DNA of 64,000 bases from Eledone cirrhosa (lineage: Eukaryota). The notes below the pieces were generated by a model. That model searched no databases and was not told the origin of the DNA. It saw nothing but the letters and a program-made list of their open reading frames with translations. The stretch spans positions 125,612,001 through 125,676,000 of the forward strand of contig OZ024744.1 in NCBI GenBank assembly GCA_964016885.1, in the 5' to 3' direction. Shown piece by piece: positions 1 to 12,102 of the stretch. The position numbers and the translations under genes are program-made. Numbering within the stretch: position 1 is the first letter of the stretch; each line of letters starts with the position of its first letter.

Positions 1-295
1 CTCTCTCTTTTTGCCAGTCCCTTCTCTCACTCTCTCTCCCTCTTCCTTTTTTATCTCTTTCTTTCTGTCTCTGTTTCCCTCCTATAGACATTCTCTCTCT
101 CTCTTTCTGCTCTCACTCAGCCTTCTCTCTCTTTCCCCTCTCACACAGTCTTCTCTCTCTCTCTTTCCCCTCTCACACAGCATTCTCTCTCTCTCTCTCT
201 CTCTTTCCCCTCTCACACAGCATTCTCTCTCTCTCTCTCTCTCTTTATTTCCCCTCTCACACAGCCTTCTCTCTCTATCTATCTATCTCTCTCTC
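1..295. repeat. Degenerate (CT)n-rich pyrimidine tract with TTTCCCCTCTCACACAG subrepeats
   Basis: Directly visible; lies outside the duplicated unit. Confidence 0.9.
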
Positions 296-1289
296 TGGAG
301 ATTTTTTAACACAAAGTCACACAAGGATTAGAAAAATGGCGATAATCACTTTGAAAGTAACAATTATGCAATAAATAGTTGTTATTGCCACGTCTCGTAT
401 CCTCCTTTGGCAATGTGTAAAATGTTAGCGAGATCGAGTGAACAATACACAAGTTATAATACTTTACAGACGGGACTTATACAGTAGATGTAGCCAAATG
501 CGTAGATTACGATTCTTGAGACGAGATTAAAATATACGATTAGGGGATACTTTAAGAAGACGAGTAGATGTTTGAGTAGATTTAGCTGCTTTTTCTAGCA
601 TTTTTAGTTATACTTTGAAGCACATTTTTTTTGTTACTATTATATTAAAAGTTATCTGGTTACGTTATTTGACTGGTATTTCTAGCATTTTACAAGGACC
701 ACGTGTGTGTTTTATTTAAGGAAGATCTAGTTGTTATTTCTGATATTTTCTTCATCAAGTTAGTTGCTATTTCCTGCATCCTCTTGAAGACAAGAAATAA
801 TAATGAATTAGCTGCTGTTTCTAGTAGGTTCTATGGTAGTGATGAGCGTGGGAGGGGGGTTTGACTGCTATTTTTAGCAGGTTCTAAGGCATTGAGGTTT
901 ATGTTTTACGAGAGATTTGGCTGTTATTTCTAACATGTTATAATGGAGAGAGAGAGAGAGTATAAGATATACAGAGAGAGGGAGTATAAGATATAGAGAG
1001 AGGGGAAACGGCCGATGTTTACGTTGAGAAAACCTAATAAAATGTTATAAATGGGTTTATAAAGAATAGAATGAGATAAACAAGACAAAGTTAGATAAAA
1101 TAAATCAGCTGTAAGGATATTATACGATATATTTATAATATTTTAATATATTTTTCCTGGTCGTCTGCTGCCATTGATAGAGAGAGGAGTGGTGGGAGGT
1201 AGCCATAACAACCGTGGTAGCAGCACTGAGGTTTGTTTTTAAAGAAGTGAATACAAGAAAAACAAGCAACTAAGAATATTAATCTCTTA

Positions 1290-1900
1290 AACCCTTCAAG
1301 ATGTGTATGACAAGAAAGAAGACGTTTTAGAGTCGTATGACATAGATGATAACTGGAAATTCTTACGTGACAACTTACTGCAGGCTACTGAAGAAACTTG
1401 TGGCTGGAGCAGAGCTCCGACCAGACAGAGAGTGACCTGGTGGTGGGACAACACGGTAGATAAGGCCATTAGAGACAAAAGACTAGCATGGAACACTTGA
1501 AAAAATGGTGGGAGTAGAGACCGATACACAGCTGCTAAGAGAGAAGCTAGACGTCAGATGTACTTAGCACGCACGGAGGCTGAGAGTAGGAGGTTTGCCA
1601 ATGTTCTGTGATGGGAAGATCAGAGGCGTGCGGTGTTCCACATTGCAAGGCATGGTGTCAGTGTAAATCAGGATGTTGTTGGAGATAAGTGTATCCGGAA
1701 TGATGCCAGTGTACTTGGTGTCACGAATGATCAAAAAAAGGAGGCCTGGAAATATCATTATGAGAGGCTGATGAATTGTGGAGAATGAATGGGAGAGAGG
1801 GAAACTATCCCCAGTAGACCCAACAGAGGGACCAGCTATTGAGATTGGGGAATATAGGGTACAAGAGGCAATTAAGGAAATGAAGAATGGCAAGGCTACA
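1290..1900 (+). mobile_element. RTE-clade LINE fragment (EN-RT linker), degenerate
   Basis: Translates as WKFLRDNLLQATEETCGW...TWWWDNTVDKAIRDKR...AWKYHYERL...EWE...AIKEMKNGKA, with stops and a frameshift. Copy 2 at ~35084-35694. Confidence 0.8.
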
Positions 1901-1901
1901 T

Positions 1902-2130
1902 TTAACCCTTTAGCATTTAAACCAGCCATACCTAGCCAGAATACTCTCACATCTTTCTGTTCAAACCAGCCATAACTGGCCACTCATACTGACGTTAAGG
2001 TATTGTTCTCAATATAAATAATATCAAAATCTCATAGATTCGATATTATATGAGATAATTATGTAAGATAAAGCCTTTACCACAAAAATACAATAGTATA
2101 TATAGAGTAATAAAAATGCTAAAGGGTAAA
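1902..2130. mobile_element. piggyBac-type MITE (~220 bp)
   Basis: TTAA + CCCTTTAGCATTT (1906-1918) ... AAATGCTAAAGGG (2114-2126) + TAAA. Perfect 13-bp TIR with CCC/GGG ends and a TTAA-like TSD. Confidence 0.8.
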
Positions 2131-2134
2131 AGTA

Positions 2135-4110
2135 GCTTATTATTTTGTGAGCTCTTGCTACTTATTGCTCTTGTGCATCAAGAACATACACAGCTTACAT
2201 TTTGTTGCTAATCTCACTGAGATCCAACTACATCTCTTGTTTATCCATAGTTTGGAATTTCTACCTACTCCTTTCCTTTAGAATGATCAAGGCCATTTTC
2301 TTGTGGGGATCTAGGCCCTGTTTTCCTTTCTATTTTGCCAAGTTATCTTACATCACTTTCATTCTAGACCATGCTTCCAGGTTTGGAATTTCTCCTCTAA
2401 TTTTACCACAGATTAAGTGACAAGGGTTCAATCATGTGCATACAGGAGTTCCCATGGACAGCCAGTAATATGTAATAGCCTGCAGGATGATAATAAACAG
2501 AAGAGGGTTAATTACAGAGCCCTGATAGAGGGTTAATAACAGAGCCCTGATAGACTTGTTCACTCAACTCCTCACTATAGCCATCATTACTTTTAACCTT
2601 ACTGACTGCTCCTCCATACATGGCTTTTACTGCTCTCACAAGCCACTCATATACCCCTAGTTTTCTAAGTTATACACCAGATTAGGGAAGGGGGAAGTCT
2701 CACAGAAGCTCTCTCTGGGTCAACAAATGCCAAGTAGAGGGGCTTATTTTAGCTAGGTACTACTCTTGCAGTTGCCACACAAGGAAGAGGACATCAGTGG
2801 TACTTTTACCTGGCACAAATCCAAACTTCATCTCATCTAGGTTAACTTGGTCCCTAATCAGCTGTGTTATAAATCTAACACCTTCATGAAGTGGTCCATC
2901 TAATATCTCTATAGTTTTCTAGCTCTAGTACATCTCCTTTGCCCTTGTAGCAGTTGATGATGATGATACTACACCATTTATTTGGTATGACACCATTTTG
3001 TATTACATGCTGTACGATACCAGTGGTTAAGATGTGACCCACCATCCCAGATACTTTCAGTATCTCAGCAACTATCACCAATGGACAAGATACTTTCTCT
3101 GTCTTCATATCCTTAATTACCTTACTTCATATCCTTAATTACCTTACTGCTTACTTGTATGGCTGGACCCTCTGTTGGGCCCACTTTCCGTAGACTATCT
3201 TCCTCCCATGCATTCTCCTCATTCAGTAATCTTTCATAAAGGCATTTCCATGTTACAAAGGTTGGCTGAAAAGTTCATAGACTATCAATGATAGCATGAT
3301 GCTAGAGCTGTGAAATCTTGCCTGCATTAATTTCAACTCTTCTTATTAATAACTGCATTGTTTCCTTCCAGGGACTATGTTGAAAAATAAACCTCATTTG
3401 GTCATTCCATGAGTGTATCTTGGTCTGCCTATGAACTTTTCAGCTGACCCTATTCAGCATCAGTGAGCCCAAATGCCCCATTATCATCCTGGACACACTT
3501 TACCCCAACATCACAATTTGCCCTCACACACTGCCTCACAATCCTGAACATCTCATGTATTTCATCCTCACATCATAAAACCAACTGAAATTATATATTC
3601 TCTGCTTCCCTCCTTGCAAAGAATACTTCTTGCCTAGCTTCCTGTAGTGTACCCTCCAGCTGCCTCCATTCTGCCATTATTCCATGCCTGTCTCTTGGCC
3701 TTAACTGTCTCATCTACCCTAGTGTTTCACCACCAAGATACTCTCCTCTCTGAAGCCCTGCTCCAGCCACAGATCTAGTTTGACACCTTCAGCAAAGGTT
3801 CTTTAAGGAACTCCCACTGTTCCCCTATATTGTATGTTTCTATTTGTTCTTCCTTACTGTTGTAAAGATCAAACAAAATATCTCTAAATTTGGAACTGGC
3901 TGAGGGGTCCTTTAACTTCCATATCCTTCTCCTCCAAGTTGCCCTCAGTCTTCAAGTTCATCTAAGTCTATGAAATCACTAACTACTGGGTTATGTTGGG
4001 AGGTGCATTCTTCCCCAGGGGGTGGGGATTGTGTGTTTACAAATGTCAATATCTCATCTTCTGGTGAGGATAAAAATCTGACTGGCATGCTCCTCTGACC
4101 AATAGGTGTT
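2135..4110 (-). mobile_element. Degenerate RTE-clade LINE (linker plus RT N-terminal half)
   Basis: Minus-strand remnants GPTEGPAI, IVAEILK, INCYKGKGDVLELENYR and FGFVPGKSTTD; many stops; interrupted by a MITE. Copy 2 at ~35929-37882. Confidence 0.75.
3254..3453. mobile_element. Tc1/mariner-type MITE (~200 bp) nested in the RTE fragment
   Basis: Imperfect TIRs: TA-CAAAGGTTGGCTGAAAAGTTCATAGAC ... GCCTATGAACTTTTCAGCTGACCCT. RTE sequence resumes on both sides. Copy 2 at 37026-37225. Confidence 0.7.
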
Positions 4111-4165
4111 GAAGTGGTTGTCGGGTAAACGTTAAGACCCTCTGATATACATATATATATATATA

Positions 4166-4430
4166 CTAGCAGTGGTACCCGGCGTTGCACGGGATAACGT
4201 ATTTCGGAACGCGGGCCGCCATCTTCCACTTCAGCCGGTCGCCCTAAAGTGTTGGCTATTCAGTCTACTTGAGGCCAGTTGGTGAGGGGGGGTAAAGCTT
4301 TCAGTGTGCTACTACCCTCACGGTCAAATAGAAAGGGAGAGGAAGAAAAGTCAGCGTTAATATCGTGCTACACGTTTGAAAGGTTGGATGACCTTAGAGT
4401 TCACCAGGGTGGGGGGTTCTAAAAGTATCT
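4166..4430 (-). mobile_element. Non-autonomous Helitron, 3' end (5' boundary uncertain)
   Basis: Minus strand reads CCCGTGCAACGCCGGG hairpin, 8 nt, CTAG, then T of a (TA)n tract: the canonical Helitron 3' terminus. Copy 2 starts at 37938. Confidence 0.65.
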
Positions 4431-4599
4431 ATCTTGGTATTTTATCTTAGAAGTAATCATTACAGAGTGTACTGGGTGTATTTTAGTGGGCAGTAATTCC
4501 ATAAAGAACACAGTATAATCTGTGGACACAAGCCTTGCAGTGTGATTACAGGCAGGTTAATGGGAAAGATAGATTATATATGTGACATGATGTACATGA

Positions 4600-5290
4600 G
4601 AAGTGAGGACACAGACCACACATGAAATAGATTCCTACAACTGTCAGGGAGGCTCCCTAGAATTACAGATGACATATTTCAATATCTCGGTGATCAAGTT
4701 AGCAGTGGAGGAAGAATCTCTAAAAGTGTAATACCCAGGATAAGGACAGGCTGGAAGAAGTTTAGAGTACTGTTCCATCTGTTGACAACAAAGGGCTTCT
4801 CTCTCAGAATGGAGGCTAGACTGCTTGATACTTATGTGTGGTCTGCAATCTACACCCCAGCCATGCCCCTTCCACTACCACTCCTTAGCTATTTCTCTCC
4901 ATTAATACTCCTCACATTTCAAGCAGTTTTCTCATCTCAATGAAAGAAAAATATTGGGCTCAAGAGAAGTCTTCAGTTATGCCATGGTGTGGCAACCTCC
5001 CTAGGGTTGGGCAGAGTGTAAATGAGAGTGAAATTAGGTATGAGAGGGATCATATGCAGTATACAAGAGAGTAGATTACATTGGTATGGTCATGTGATGG
5101 GTATAAAGGATGACAGCTGTATAAAAATGTGCTGGGCAATCAAAGTTGATGGAAGTTATGAAGGCGGAAGACCCAGGATGACCTGGGATGAGGTGATAAA
5201 AGATGACTTTGCACAATTGCAACTCTCAAAGACAATGACACAGGATAGAGATCTTGAGATGTATGCAGCAATACAGAAGGCCTGCTTTCC
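4600..5290 (+). mobile_element. RTE-clade LINE C-terminal fragments
   Basis: FQYLGDQVSSGG, then RLHWYGHVM...GRPRMTWDEVIKDD (typical RTE C-terminus). Copy 2 at ~38372-39062. Confidence 0.75.
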
Positions 5291-5389
5291 AATGTGCACG
5301 GACTCAAACATACATCTAGTAGGCCCCTCCTAACCACTATACTCCTTTCCAAACTCCCACACTCCCACTTCTGTACACACCACCTTTAG

Positions 5390-5953
5390 ACTGTAAAGTG
5401 GTAGTGTACAAGTCACAACAAAAGCACCCAGTCCACTCTGTAAAGTTGATGTGTTGGTGTCATAACAAAAGGCACTCAGTCCACTCTGTAAAGAGGTTGT
5501 GTAAGTGTCACAACAAAGACATCTAGTCCACACTGTAAAGTGGTCATGTAGGTGTCACAACAAAAAGTACCAGTCATTATTGTAAAGTGGTTGTATAGGT
5601 GTCATAACAAAAAGCACCCAGTCGACACTGTAAAGTGGTTGTGTAGGTGTCAGAACCAAAAGCACCCAGTCCACCCTGTAAAGTGGTTGTGTAGGTGTCA
5701 TGATAAAAAGCACCCAGTCCACACAGTAAAGTGGTCATGTAGGTGTCACTAAAAAAGCACCCAGTCTACTCTGTAAAGTGGTCATGTAGGTGTCATGACA
5801 AATAGCACCCAGTCCACCCTGTAAAGTGTTCATGTAGGTGTCATGATGGAGAGTAACCAGTCCACAATGTAAAGTAGCCATGTAGCTGTCACAACAAAGC
5901 ACCCAGTCCACACTGTAAAGTGGTCATGTAGGTGTCATTTCAAAAAGCACCCA
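5390..5953. repeat. 48-bp minisatellite (~12 units)
   Basis: Unit CAAAAAGCACCCAGTCCACACTGTAAAGTGGTCATGTAGGTGTCATGA; 16-aa periodicity in the ORF track. Confidence 0.92.
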
Positions 5954-5974
5954 GGTCCATGGCTTGGCCTGCTA

Positions 5975-6140
5975 ACCGACGCTATACCCAAGTCGGTCGC
6001 CATGCTTTCCAGCATAGAGTTACGTCTCTTTATGGTCTGAGTTCAAATCACGCCGAGGTTAACTTTGCCTTTCATCCTTACGGGGTCGATAAAATAAAGC
6101 ACCAGTAATGTACTGGGGTCGATTTAATCGACTTTCCCCT
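5975..6140 (+). mobile_element. SINE-like dispersed repeat with Pol III B-box
   Basis: GAGTTCAAATC B-box followed by GCCGAGGTTAACTTTGCCTTTCATCCTTACGGGGTCGATAAAATAAAGCACCAGT...ACTGGGGTCGAT. Relatives at ~17470, ~20800, ~29008 (-) and ~29295. Resembles an abundant octopus SINE (from memory). Copy 2 at ~39891-40056. Confidence 0.75.
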
Positions 6141-6184
6141 CCTCTGCCAAATGACACACACATGCATGGTTCGGGGGAACCTAC

Positions 6185-6234
<50 letters not shown>

Positions 6235-7113
6235 GTAGGTCACTGGTTGAGTCGGTATTAACCACAGTAACTAAGGTACTCAATACATATTAGATATAGG
6301 TGTCTTTCTAATTGCTGGCCTTGTTCATAAGGTATACACAAGTATGATGTGTGTCTGTTTAACTGTACGTGTGAAAACATCGCGAAATTGCGCCTTTTAA
6401 TATTTGAATATAAACAGTTAAAAAATAATTATTTTAGTAATTTTTAAATATCGATAATGTGTATATAAATATTAGAAATCAATTTAATTAGTTCAGTAAC
6501 ATTACTCGGAGTTAAGATAAACCTTCATTTGAAGAAATTCGAGATTTGACCAAATAAATAGATTATGTGATCAATAAAAAAAATATGTATACGCGCTTGA
6601 ACGACGGGTTGCAGACAGTCAGGCATACAGACACATATTTTAAAGCGTGCGACTTTAAAAGTCTTACTCTCTCTCTTTTTAGATAGATAGACTTAATTAA
6701 AGCAGTTTCACTCTCTCTATATTTCATCAGCTCTCTCTCTCTTAAATTGAAAGATTCATTAAGGCTGAAATAATCTAAACAGTAACATCATTTTTCGCCA
6801 GCTCTAGCTTGCGTCCAGAGATATACACACACATATATATATATTTTTTTTGTTATCGAGTTGAGCTTTGCCAAGCATAGAATTCCAAATTTGACCATCT
6901 CCACTGAAAATGTTCGTGAAATAGTCTTTAAGAAGCAATTTAATTTTTTCCAACTGAAACTGTAAGTATTTTAAAATTTATTTCAACATGGTCTTAAAAG
7001 ATTGTTGGCTTTTTTTAAATTCATAACTATTTACTATGAAATATAAATTATTAAATCCAATTTATTTGATAACCATGATTTGATTTTATAATTACCTGAA
7101 TCACGTTAACATG

Positions 7114-7156
<43 letters not shown>

Positions 7157-7409
7157 GTGTGTGTATATATATATATATATAATAATTGTTTCTACGTTAC
7201 GCAGTGTATTACTGGTACTGTATTTTACGATATTAAATATTAAATATTAACTATTAGATATTAAATATTAAATATTAGATATTAGATATTAAATATTAAA
7301 TATGATATCCCTGAAATATATATAATGAAATAAATATGGTTTTATAAATGTAATTTCCATTTGTTTAATATCAAATATATATATATATATATATATGTAT
7401 TTATGTATA

Positions 7410-7453
<44 letters not shown>

Positions 7454-7679
7454 GCAGACACAGACACAGAATATCGTATATATCACACACACACAATTAA
7501 GACTTGACGTGTTGCAGACAGCCAGACATACAGAGAGATATTTTAAAGCGTGCGACCTTAAATTTCTTACTCTTTCTCTTATCAAAAGAGAAAGAGTAAT
7601 GCTAACACTTACGTCTACTTCACGCTCTCTTGAACCGTTACAGAAATTGCATCACATCTAATTATAACTTTGTACGTTT

Positions 7680-7680
7680 G

Positions 7681-7717
<37 letters not shown>

Positions 7718-7747
7718 GTGTGTGTGTATATATATATATATATACAC

Positions 7748-7786
<39 letters not shown>

Positions 7787-7820
7787 CGTGTGTGTGTGTA
7801 TATATATACACACACACGTG

Positions 7821-7882
<62 letters not shown>

Positions 7883-7933
7883 AATACACACACACGTGTG
7901 TGTGTATATATATATATATATACACACACACAC

Positions 7934-8016
<83 letters not shown>

Positions 8017-8141
8017 CACACACACGTGTGTGTGTATATATATATATACACACACACACGTGTGTGTGTATATATTTATATATATATATATACACACGTG
8101 TGTGTGTATTTATATATATATATATATATATACACACGTGA

Positions 8142-8172
<31 letters not shown>

Positions 8173-8267
8173 CACGTGTGTGTGTGTATATATATATATA
8201 TACACACACACGTGTGTATATATATATATATACATATATATATATACACACACACGTGTGTGTGTAT
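7680..8267. repeat. Compound palindromic microsatellite (TA)n(CA)nCG(TG)n
   Basis: Directly visible; continues at 11394-11665 on the other side of the LINE. Copy 2 at 41596-42183. Confidence 0.95.
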
Positions 8268-11200
8268 ATAATAATAATAATAATAATGAAATGATTGTGT
8301 ACAGTGCTCAGGTGCACTACAACTCATCAAAGGTGCATGTATAGTACATAGAATAATGTACAAACATCAGTAAAATGAACAGTGCACACATGTGTGCATG
8401 TGTATGGAAGGGGCACATCAGGTGTAGTTTTGGCGTATTTCGGGAAGCATGAGTGTCTTAAAGGATGCAGTGTCTCGGCAGCTAACAATTGACGCAGGCA
8501 GTTTGTTCCATGTTTCAGCAACTCTGAGCGTGAAAAAATGTCTGCGAAAGTCATGGGAGCTGTGCTGTTTTCTTATCTTGTAGGCATGTCCACGTGTGTT
8601 AGACACATGGAGATCAAAGAGGCGCTCAGGGTTGCAGTTGGCGAGATGGTTAAAAACTTTGTGGGTATTCACCAAGTCCACTGCCAGATGTCGGAGCTTC
8701 AATGAATCCATGCCCAGGGAAGCAAGGCGTTCAGAGTATGGTAGGTGTCTGATGGAGGGTATGCGCTTGGTTGCACGTCTCTGAACAGCTTCCAGGAGGT
8801 CAATGTTCCGAGCAAGATAGGGGTTCCAGACTGATGATGCGAATTCCAAGTGTGGTCGCACCATAGCTGTATACAGTTTTAAATAGATGGCTGGAGAGCG
8901 GCTAACAAAGGTCTTGCTGAGTGATGCCAAGACACCCTCGGCCTTCTTGACAATCTTAGAGACATGCTTTGTCCAACGCAAATCGTTGCCGACAGTAATG
9001 CCCAGGTCACGTTCACAAGAGGACTTTTTGATGTCAGTGTTGTGGAGGGAGTATGTGGACGCTGGATTTTTCCTTCCAAAATGCATGGTGGTACACTTGT
9101 CCACAGCCAGCTTCAGTTGCCAGTCTGTGATCCATTGCTGCATTGTGTCTAGGTCTGATTTTAGGAAAGAGTTGTAAATTTCAGGATCAGTCCTTTTGAT
9201 TTCAAGGTACAGCTTGATGTCATCTGCATATTTTAGTACCGTGGCATTCTGTAAGTTGGCATCTATGTCATTAATATATGCCACAAACAAAAGAGGACCA
9301 AGAACAGATCCCTGTGGTACACCAGATGACATCTCATATGGTGAAGAATGCTGTCCTAGAACCGTGACTACTTTCCTTCGGCTGAGAATGAAGGATTTCA
9401 GCCAGTCGAAAAGATCATCCCTCACACCCATTGCAGAGAGTTTTGCCATAAGTCTTTTGTGTGGCACAGAATTAAAAGCCTTAGCAAAGTCAAGGTAAAC
9501 AACATCCACCCATGAGCCGCTGTCAGTGATCCGGGTGATGTCCTCAAGGAACTCGATAAGCTGATCACAGCAGCTGGAGTTAGGGATAAATCCAAACTGT
9601 GAGGGCCGGATGAGGCTGTGAGAGCTCCAGAAGTTCCAAAGTGTTTCTCTGACACAGGATTCCATCAGTTTGGCCATACAGCTAGTAAGACTGACTGGAC
9701 GATAGTTGACAGGTGACATGCGGTTGCCCTTTTTGAACAGGGGAATGACACTGGCAGTTTTCCACTGCTCCGGAGTAGCACCATTGCTGAGACAGTATTG
9801 AAAGAAAAAAGAAAGCTGGCGCAAAAGGAAATCCCCGCCACGTTTGAGAAGCAGGTATGTCACACCATCAAGACCAGGGGAGGCATAGTTGCGCTTATTC
9901 TTAAGGTGACGTCGCAACATTGCAGGTGTAAATTCCATAGTTGTTATGGAATTTGATGTTAGAGATGGTGGAGATGGTACATTCTGGTTTTCAACAGTAA
10001 AAATACTTGCATAGCACTCAGCAATGAGTTCTGCGCATTCCTTGGGATCGTCAGTGATCTGGCTTGTGTGGGGATTGCGAAGAGGACCAACTGGAGAGTG
10101 AGGTCTCTGCTTTGAATGAACATATTTCCAGAACACCTTACTGTCAGGATTGGTTGCGATGCACTGTTCAAATTCAAGCACTGCCTTCTTTGTCACTTGC
10201 TTGAGATGGTTAGAAGATTTATTCCGCTTTTTTCTGTTGGCATCTGATCTATGCAGTTTATATTCCCGTTCAGCGTTCCGACGTTCTTTCCTGGCAAGTC
10301 GGACTGCTGAAGTTTCCCAGATTGCACTTTTGGGGTGGTTATTTTTCCGCTTCCGTGGCACTGATGCTGCACACGCTATCCATATTGAGTCCAGGATGCT
10401 CTGGAGTATAGAGTTCACATCTCCAGAGTTATACATCTCATGCCAGTTTGGGCGCTGTAGCTCAGTGCAGTACAAGTTCCAATCCGCCCTCTTCCAATCA
10501 AAGCAAGCAGATTGGAGATGGCTCTGGTTTTTGTTGCTGCCCTCAAGTGCCAGATTGGCAATGATCATAGCATGATCAGAGTCGCCTAGAGGTTCCTCAG
10601 TAGTACAACTGATAACCACTTCAGGAGTAGTGGTGAAGATCAGGTCCAAAGTGTTGTCACCTCTTGTTGGAGAGGTGACTACTTGTGACCAGTTTGAGTC
10701 CAGCACTAGTTCAAGGAAATCGTTTGCACCCTGTGGCCAACGAAAGGTTTCCCAATCGATCTCAGGATGATTGAAGTCACCTGCAATAAACACATAAGTG
10801 GCTGTTTTCTTGGCAGCAACTCTGAGGATATCGCAAAGCTGTGTGTCCTGATGGTAGTTTGGGGGGCGATAAACAACACCAAGCAGAAGTGTTGACATGG
10901 TCATACGTATGTCACAGAAAAAAACTTCTTCCTGTGATTCGTTCAAATCAACGCAAGGAATTACCGAAAAGTTTGAACGAACGTAGACCATCACACCACC
11001 ACCACGGCGGTTAATGCGGTCCTTGCGGAAAAGGTTGTACCCAGTAATGGTGAAAACCCCATCACAGAGTAAGGAATGTGCCCATGTTTCCGTGACTGTG
11101 ATGAAGTCAGGGTCGATGCTTCTGACGTAGGATTCGAACAGATGTATCTTGTTGCATAAACTGCGAGCATTTAAGGACAACAATTTGTACCCTGCTCGCA

Positions 11201-11393
11201 GTCTATGATGGTGTGTAGAGGGTGGCAGGTTGTTCTGGTTTAGTTTCCCAGAGTTGTAGCAGTTTTTACATTGCCAGTTATTGTGGGTAGATCACACTCA
11301 GACCAGCTGGTATCTCTCTTCCACGTTTCACCCGCCTTGACAAACCTCCAGATCTGCCCATCATCACGCAGACTGAAACTTTCATCTTGTGCT
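8268..11393 (-). mobile_element. CR1-group LINE, 5'-truncated within ORF1, with (ATT)n 3' tail
   Basis: Intact ORF2, ~130-nt 3' UTR ending CATTTC(ATT)n at 8268-8290, and ~50 codons of putative ORF1 C-terminus (11240-11393). Embedded in a microsatellite. Confidence 0.92.
8418..11183 (-). CDS. LINE ORF2: apurinic-type endonuclease + reverse transcriptase (921 aa from a TTG; frame open from 11291, no upstream ATG)
   Basis: APE motifs NARS, TETW, GGGV, YRPP, GDFN, LDL and SDH. RT motifs SPGLDG, YRPVSLTS, QFGF, DFAKAF, GVPQGSVLGPLLF and YADD. CR1-type C-terminus TRGH...FFTLRV...WNKLP. Confidence 0.95.
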   Translation of the reverse strand: MLSLNARSLCNKIHLFESYVRSIDPDFITVTETWAHSLLCDGVFTITGYNLFRKDRINRRGGGVMVYVRSNFSVIPCVDLNESQEEVFFCDIRMTMSTLLLGVVYRPPNYHQDTQLCDILRVAAKKTATYVFIAGDFNHPEIDWETFRWPQGANDFLELVLDSNWSQVVTSPTRGDNTLDLIFTTTPEVVISCTTEEPLGDSDHAMIIANLALEGSNKNQSHLQSACFDWKRADWNLYCTELQRPNWHEMYNSGDVNSILQSILDSIWIACAASVPRKRKNNHPKSAIWETSAVRLARKERRNAEREYKLHRSDANRKKRNKSSNHLKQVTKKAVLEFEQCIATNPDSKVFWKYVHSKQRPHSPVGPLRNPHTSQITDDPKECAELIAECYASIFTVENQNVPSPPSLTSNSITTMEFTPAMLRRHLKNKRNYASPGLDGVTYLLLKRGGDFLLRQLSFFFQYCLSNGATPEQWKTASVIPLFKKGNRMSPVNYRPVSLTSCMAKLMESCVRETLWNFWSSHSLIRPSQFGFIPNSSCCDQLIEFLEDITRITDSGSWVDVVYLDFAKAFNSVPHKRLMAKLSAMGVRDDLFDWLKSFILSRRKVVTVLGQHSSPYEMSSGVPQGSVLGPLLFVAYINDIDANLQNATVLKYADDIKLYLEIKRTDPEIYNSFLKSDLDTMQQWITDWQLKLAVDKCTTMHFGRKNPASTYSLHNTDIKKSSCERDLGITVGNDLRWTKHVSKIVKKAEGVLASLSKTFVSRSPAIYLKLYTAMVRPHLEFASSVWNPYLARNIDLLEAVQRRATKRIPSIRHLPYSERLASLGMDSLKLRHLAVDLVNTHKVFNHLANCNPERLFDLHVSNTRGHAYKIRKQHSSHDFRRHFFTLRVAETWNKLPASIVSCRDTASFKTLMLPEIRQNYT

Positions 11394-11457
11394 GTATATA
11401 TATATATATACACACGTGTGTGTGTATTTATGTATATATATATATATACACACACAC

Positions 11458-11499
<42 letters not shown>

Positions 11500-11614
11500 G
11501 TGTGTGTGTGTATATATATTTATATATATATACACACACGTGTGTGTATATATATATATATATATACACGTGTGTGTGTATTTATATATATATATATATA
11601 CACACACACGTGTG

Positions 11615-11645
<31 letters not shown>

Positions 11646-12034
11646 GTGTGTGTATATATATATATCTGTCTCTCTCCCTGTCTCTCACTCTCCCTCTATC
11701 CCCCCTCTCTCTCTCTGTCTCTCTCTCCCCCCCCCTCTCTCTCTCTAGTAGTAGAGAGAGACAAAGAGAGAGAGATATAAACGTATAACCCTAACCAAAC
11801 CCTAACCCAACCCTAACCCCAACCCTAACCCTAACCTAACCCTAACCCATCTCTCTCTCTCTCTCACCCCCTCTCTCTCTCTCTAGTAGTAGAGAGAGAG
11901 ACAAAGAGAGAGAGAGATATAAACGTATAACCCTAACCCAACCCTAACCTCTCTCTCTCTTCTCTCTCTCTCTCTCCCCTCTCTCTCTCTATTCCCCCCT
12001 CTCTATTTCCCCCCCCCCCTCTCTCTCTAGTAGT

Positions 12035-12065
<31 letters not shown>

Positions 12066-12102
12066 TATAAACGTCTAACCCTAACCCAACCCCAACCCTA
12101 AC

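Noticed and set aside
7289-8363. YI/HT/CV-rich ORFs (also 11271-11788 and copies)
   Set aside because: Translations of dinucleotide microsatellites.
8596-10575. Short ORFs overlapping LINE ORF2
   Set aside because: Antisense or alternate-frame shadows of the RT ORF.
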